Assembly: GCA_030704615.1 (NCBI GenBank)
Contig: CM060731.1
Span: 74,834,001 to 74,898,000 of the forward strand
Direction: 5' to 3'
DNA length: 64,000 nucleotides
Origin: Takakia lepidozioides
Lineage: Eukaryota; Plantae; Bryophyta
How positions within the stretch are numbered: the first letter of the stretch is position 1; every line of letters starts with the position of its first letter. A program made the position numbers and the translations under genes. The notes under the pieces were generated by a model. The model was not told the origin of the DNA. It searched no databases and saw nothing but the letters and a program-made list of their open reading frames with translations. Shown here piece after piece: positions 61,820 to 64,000 of this stretch.

Positions 61820-62656
61820 GTGAGTGTGCCACGAAATATCCACAATCCTGTTTCTAGAACTTGTGCTGGTCTATATGAGAGACAAACCTGTGGATGTACT
61901 CCTTGTATGGCTGGGGGAAATGAGGACGTAATTGAAGGGCAAGTCTCTTCTCTTAGCCTGTGCACACAAGGGGACAGGATTTATGTTTCCCAAGGAACTC
62001 AGACTGATTTGAGTGGAGAACAGTTGGACGAGTTGATTGCATACTGGGAGTCAGGCATTAGCAGTAGACAACAGACTGCTGTAGTTGGCATTGAGGGCCT
62101 CAATATTGCCTTGGACAGTCAGAACTCTGTTGGAGCTAGCAGTTCTGCAGCTGTAGGTGAAATACCAAAGTGGGTGAGAGCTAGGCTTGGAACACAGCCA
62201 AAGACAGCCCCGAGGACCAAGGTGTTCAGCCACAAGGCCGTGGTGTACTGGAGCAGAGGAGCAGGAGCTACACAAGTTTGTGCAATCAGACATGGTTGCA
62301 GCCGGATACGCTCTGCACATGGCAACCACGAGCGGGGGTTCATCAGCAATGACATGTTTGTTGTGCGTGAAGGAGATGCAGTCATTCGCAATGAGGACAC
62401 CCGCAACCGTCTCAAAGCTTTCGAGTTGAGAGACTATCAGACCCTACCTTTGTTTTCTTTAGTGTTCAGTGAGCGGGAGATAGGGGAGTATTGCTTTGTC
62501 TCTACCTGGCAGAAAGAGGAGGAGGGTTGGTTAGAGCGAGCTACTGTAGCTTGGGACAAGGGTAGTGGCAGGTTTCTGGACATAGATATACCTCCTACAC
62601 CTTACCATCATGCAGAGCGAGGCACTTTGAGAGAAGTCTGGCAGTTGATAGCATAG
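61820..62656 (+). other. Uninterrupted 278-codon ORF of unknown function within the retrotransposon-rich zone
   Basis: Long ORF with protein-like composition and no recognised motif. Confidence 0.35.
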
Positions 62657-63231
62657 ATCAGGATTAGATCTTGCTTGGTTGGGCTTCTATTCTTCCCCTC
62701 CATCTCTGTACTATTTTCATTACCTTGTACCTGTAGTTGCCACAGCCTCTCTTGGTGGAGGCCAGCCAGTTTCCTGATACAACTCACAAGAATAGTTGCC
62801 TACCTTGCAAGTCCTGGCGACCACCGCCGCACGAAGTTGGCAAGTGCGAGGTTCAGTATAGCGACAGACCAAGGCTCACAGGCACCATGCGGAGTCCATC
62901 GACGATTGGAAGTCGCACATTGAAGTGGAAAGTATTGTTTCAAGCTACAGGTGGGAGGTGTGATTCCATAGCCAGTAAGTATGACAATTATGGCCGATTC
63001 GGCGACGAAATAACATCTCCTGACAGTTTCTCTTGAGGGTGGATCCAGCAGTATTCTCGGTGCAGACAGGAACGTTCGCACTGACAAATGCCAGTACTGT
63101 TAGTTAAAACGGTCAGACAACCAAATTGTGCTCATGAAAACTGGCCGCAATTGTGTTGTTTCGGAACAATGCAACCCCTTCAGGTTCAGCATGCGGAAAT
63201 GAGGTTCCAGATTTCCCGTCCCGAGTGATTC

Positions 63232-64000
63232 TGTCGCGGCCCTTTGCCTTGAGGGCAGGGGGGGTCGGGACACAAGAGGGGCTGCCCCTGTGGTGGGGGC
63301 AGTAGCAGCGATAGGTACGGGGGCTGAAGCACCCTTGAGTGCCCAAGGCACTCAAGGAGGCGGAGGCGCTCACTAGGTGGAGCCCCGCACACCGGGTTGC
63401 GGTGGGGGTGGCTCCACAAGGGGTGGTGGTAGCTTAGCGGGACTTAGTGGGGGTGGCATAGGACTCACCATGGGGTGGAGACCTCGAGGTGGGAGTCGTG
63501 GGGAGTCTTGGGACTCATCACGGTCCATTGGGGCCGCGGTGAGTGGGCCAAGACTCACCGCGACTCACCACCGGGAATCGAGGGTCTTCGTGGTGGGTTC
63601 GCCATAAAATGGCATGGCTGGTTGTGAAACCCCCGCGGACAGCTACAGAAGTATAAATAGGGAGTAGTAACCCCAAGAACGGTGCAAGCCCGTTGGTGAC
63701 CAAAAACTAGTGAGTAAGCGAGCGAGCCGGAAAGCGACCAAAGAGTGGGGAGCTGTTCCGGACTGCCAACTACAAAAGGGAATTCCCGCTGGTTCCAAAT
63801 CGGTGGAGGGTTCTTTGGGAGAACAAAGGGGGACCGTTATGCCCCGGTGACGGGGAGCTTACCGAAGGGAGGTGCGCGACACTTGGTATCAGAGCTTAGA
63901 GTTCAGTACGCGATCATCCTTGGGATTGGCCTCATCATGGGGTCGGGCAAGCCAAAGCGAAAGCGGAACGGCCCAAAAGATGATGATCCTGGTGAGCCCG
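63232..64000 (+). mobile_element. 5' end of an LTR retrotransposon: 650-bp LTR (63232-63881), PBS and probable gag start
   Basis: tgtcgcg..cgcgaca inverted termini, tataaata at ~63652, PBS tggtatcagagc at 63884-63895 and an ATG at ~63938. Confidence 0.8.

Overview
Repeat-rich nuclear DNA from a land plant, probably a seed-free lineage with flagellated sperm (an axonemal dynein heavy-chain exon and PLS-class PPR fragments are present). It holds two apparently intact multi-exon host genes. One is an SPX-MFS vacuolar phosphate transporter (+, 172-10139, 12 coding exons, ~729 aa). The other is a cytosolic fructose-1,6-bisphosphatase (-, 35545-41392, 12 exons, ~347 aa). The rest is transposon-derived: an RTEX-like LINE family stacked into a (TC)n microsatellite in an SPX-MFS intron, tRNA-derived SINEs, Harbinger-type MITEs, a Helitron2/Helentron-like Rep-helicase-Ulp1 gene, a Crypton-like tyrosine recombinase, an IS3EU-like transposase fragment, Copia and Gypsy remnants, and TRIMs. 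The most striking pattern is that two unrelated transposon ORFs (the Helitron RepHel at 13.4-25.8 kb and a Copia pol at 51.8-55.8 kb) are each cut into three blocks. The blocks stay in the correct order but alternate in strand, rejoin to within about a codon, share short (2-6 bp) words at most breakpoints and are separated by unrelated filler. This points to recurrent in-place segmental inversion. All assignments come from reading motifs by eye; no database searches were run.
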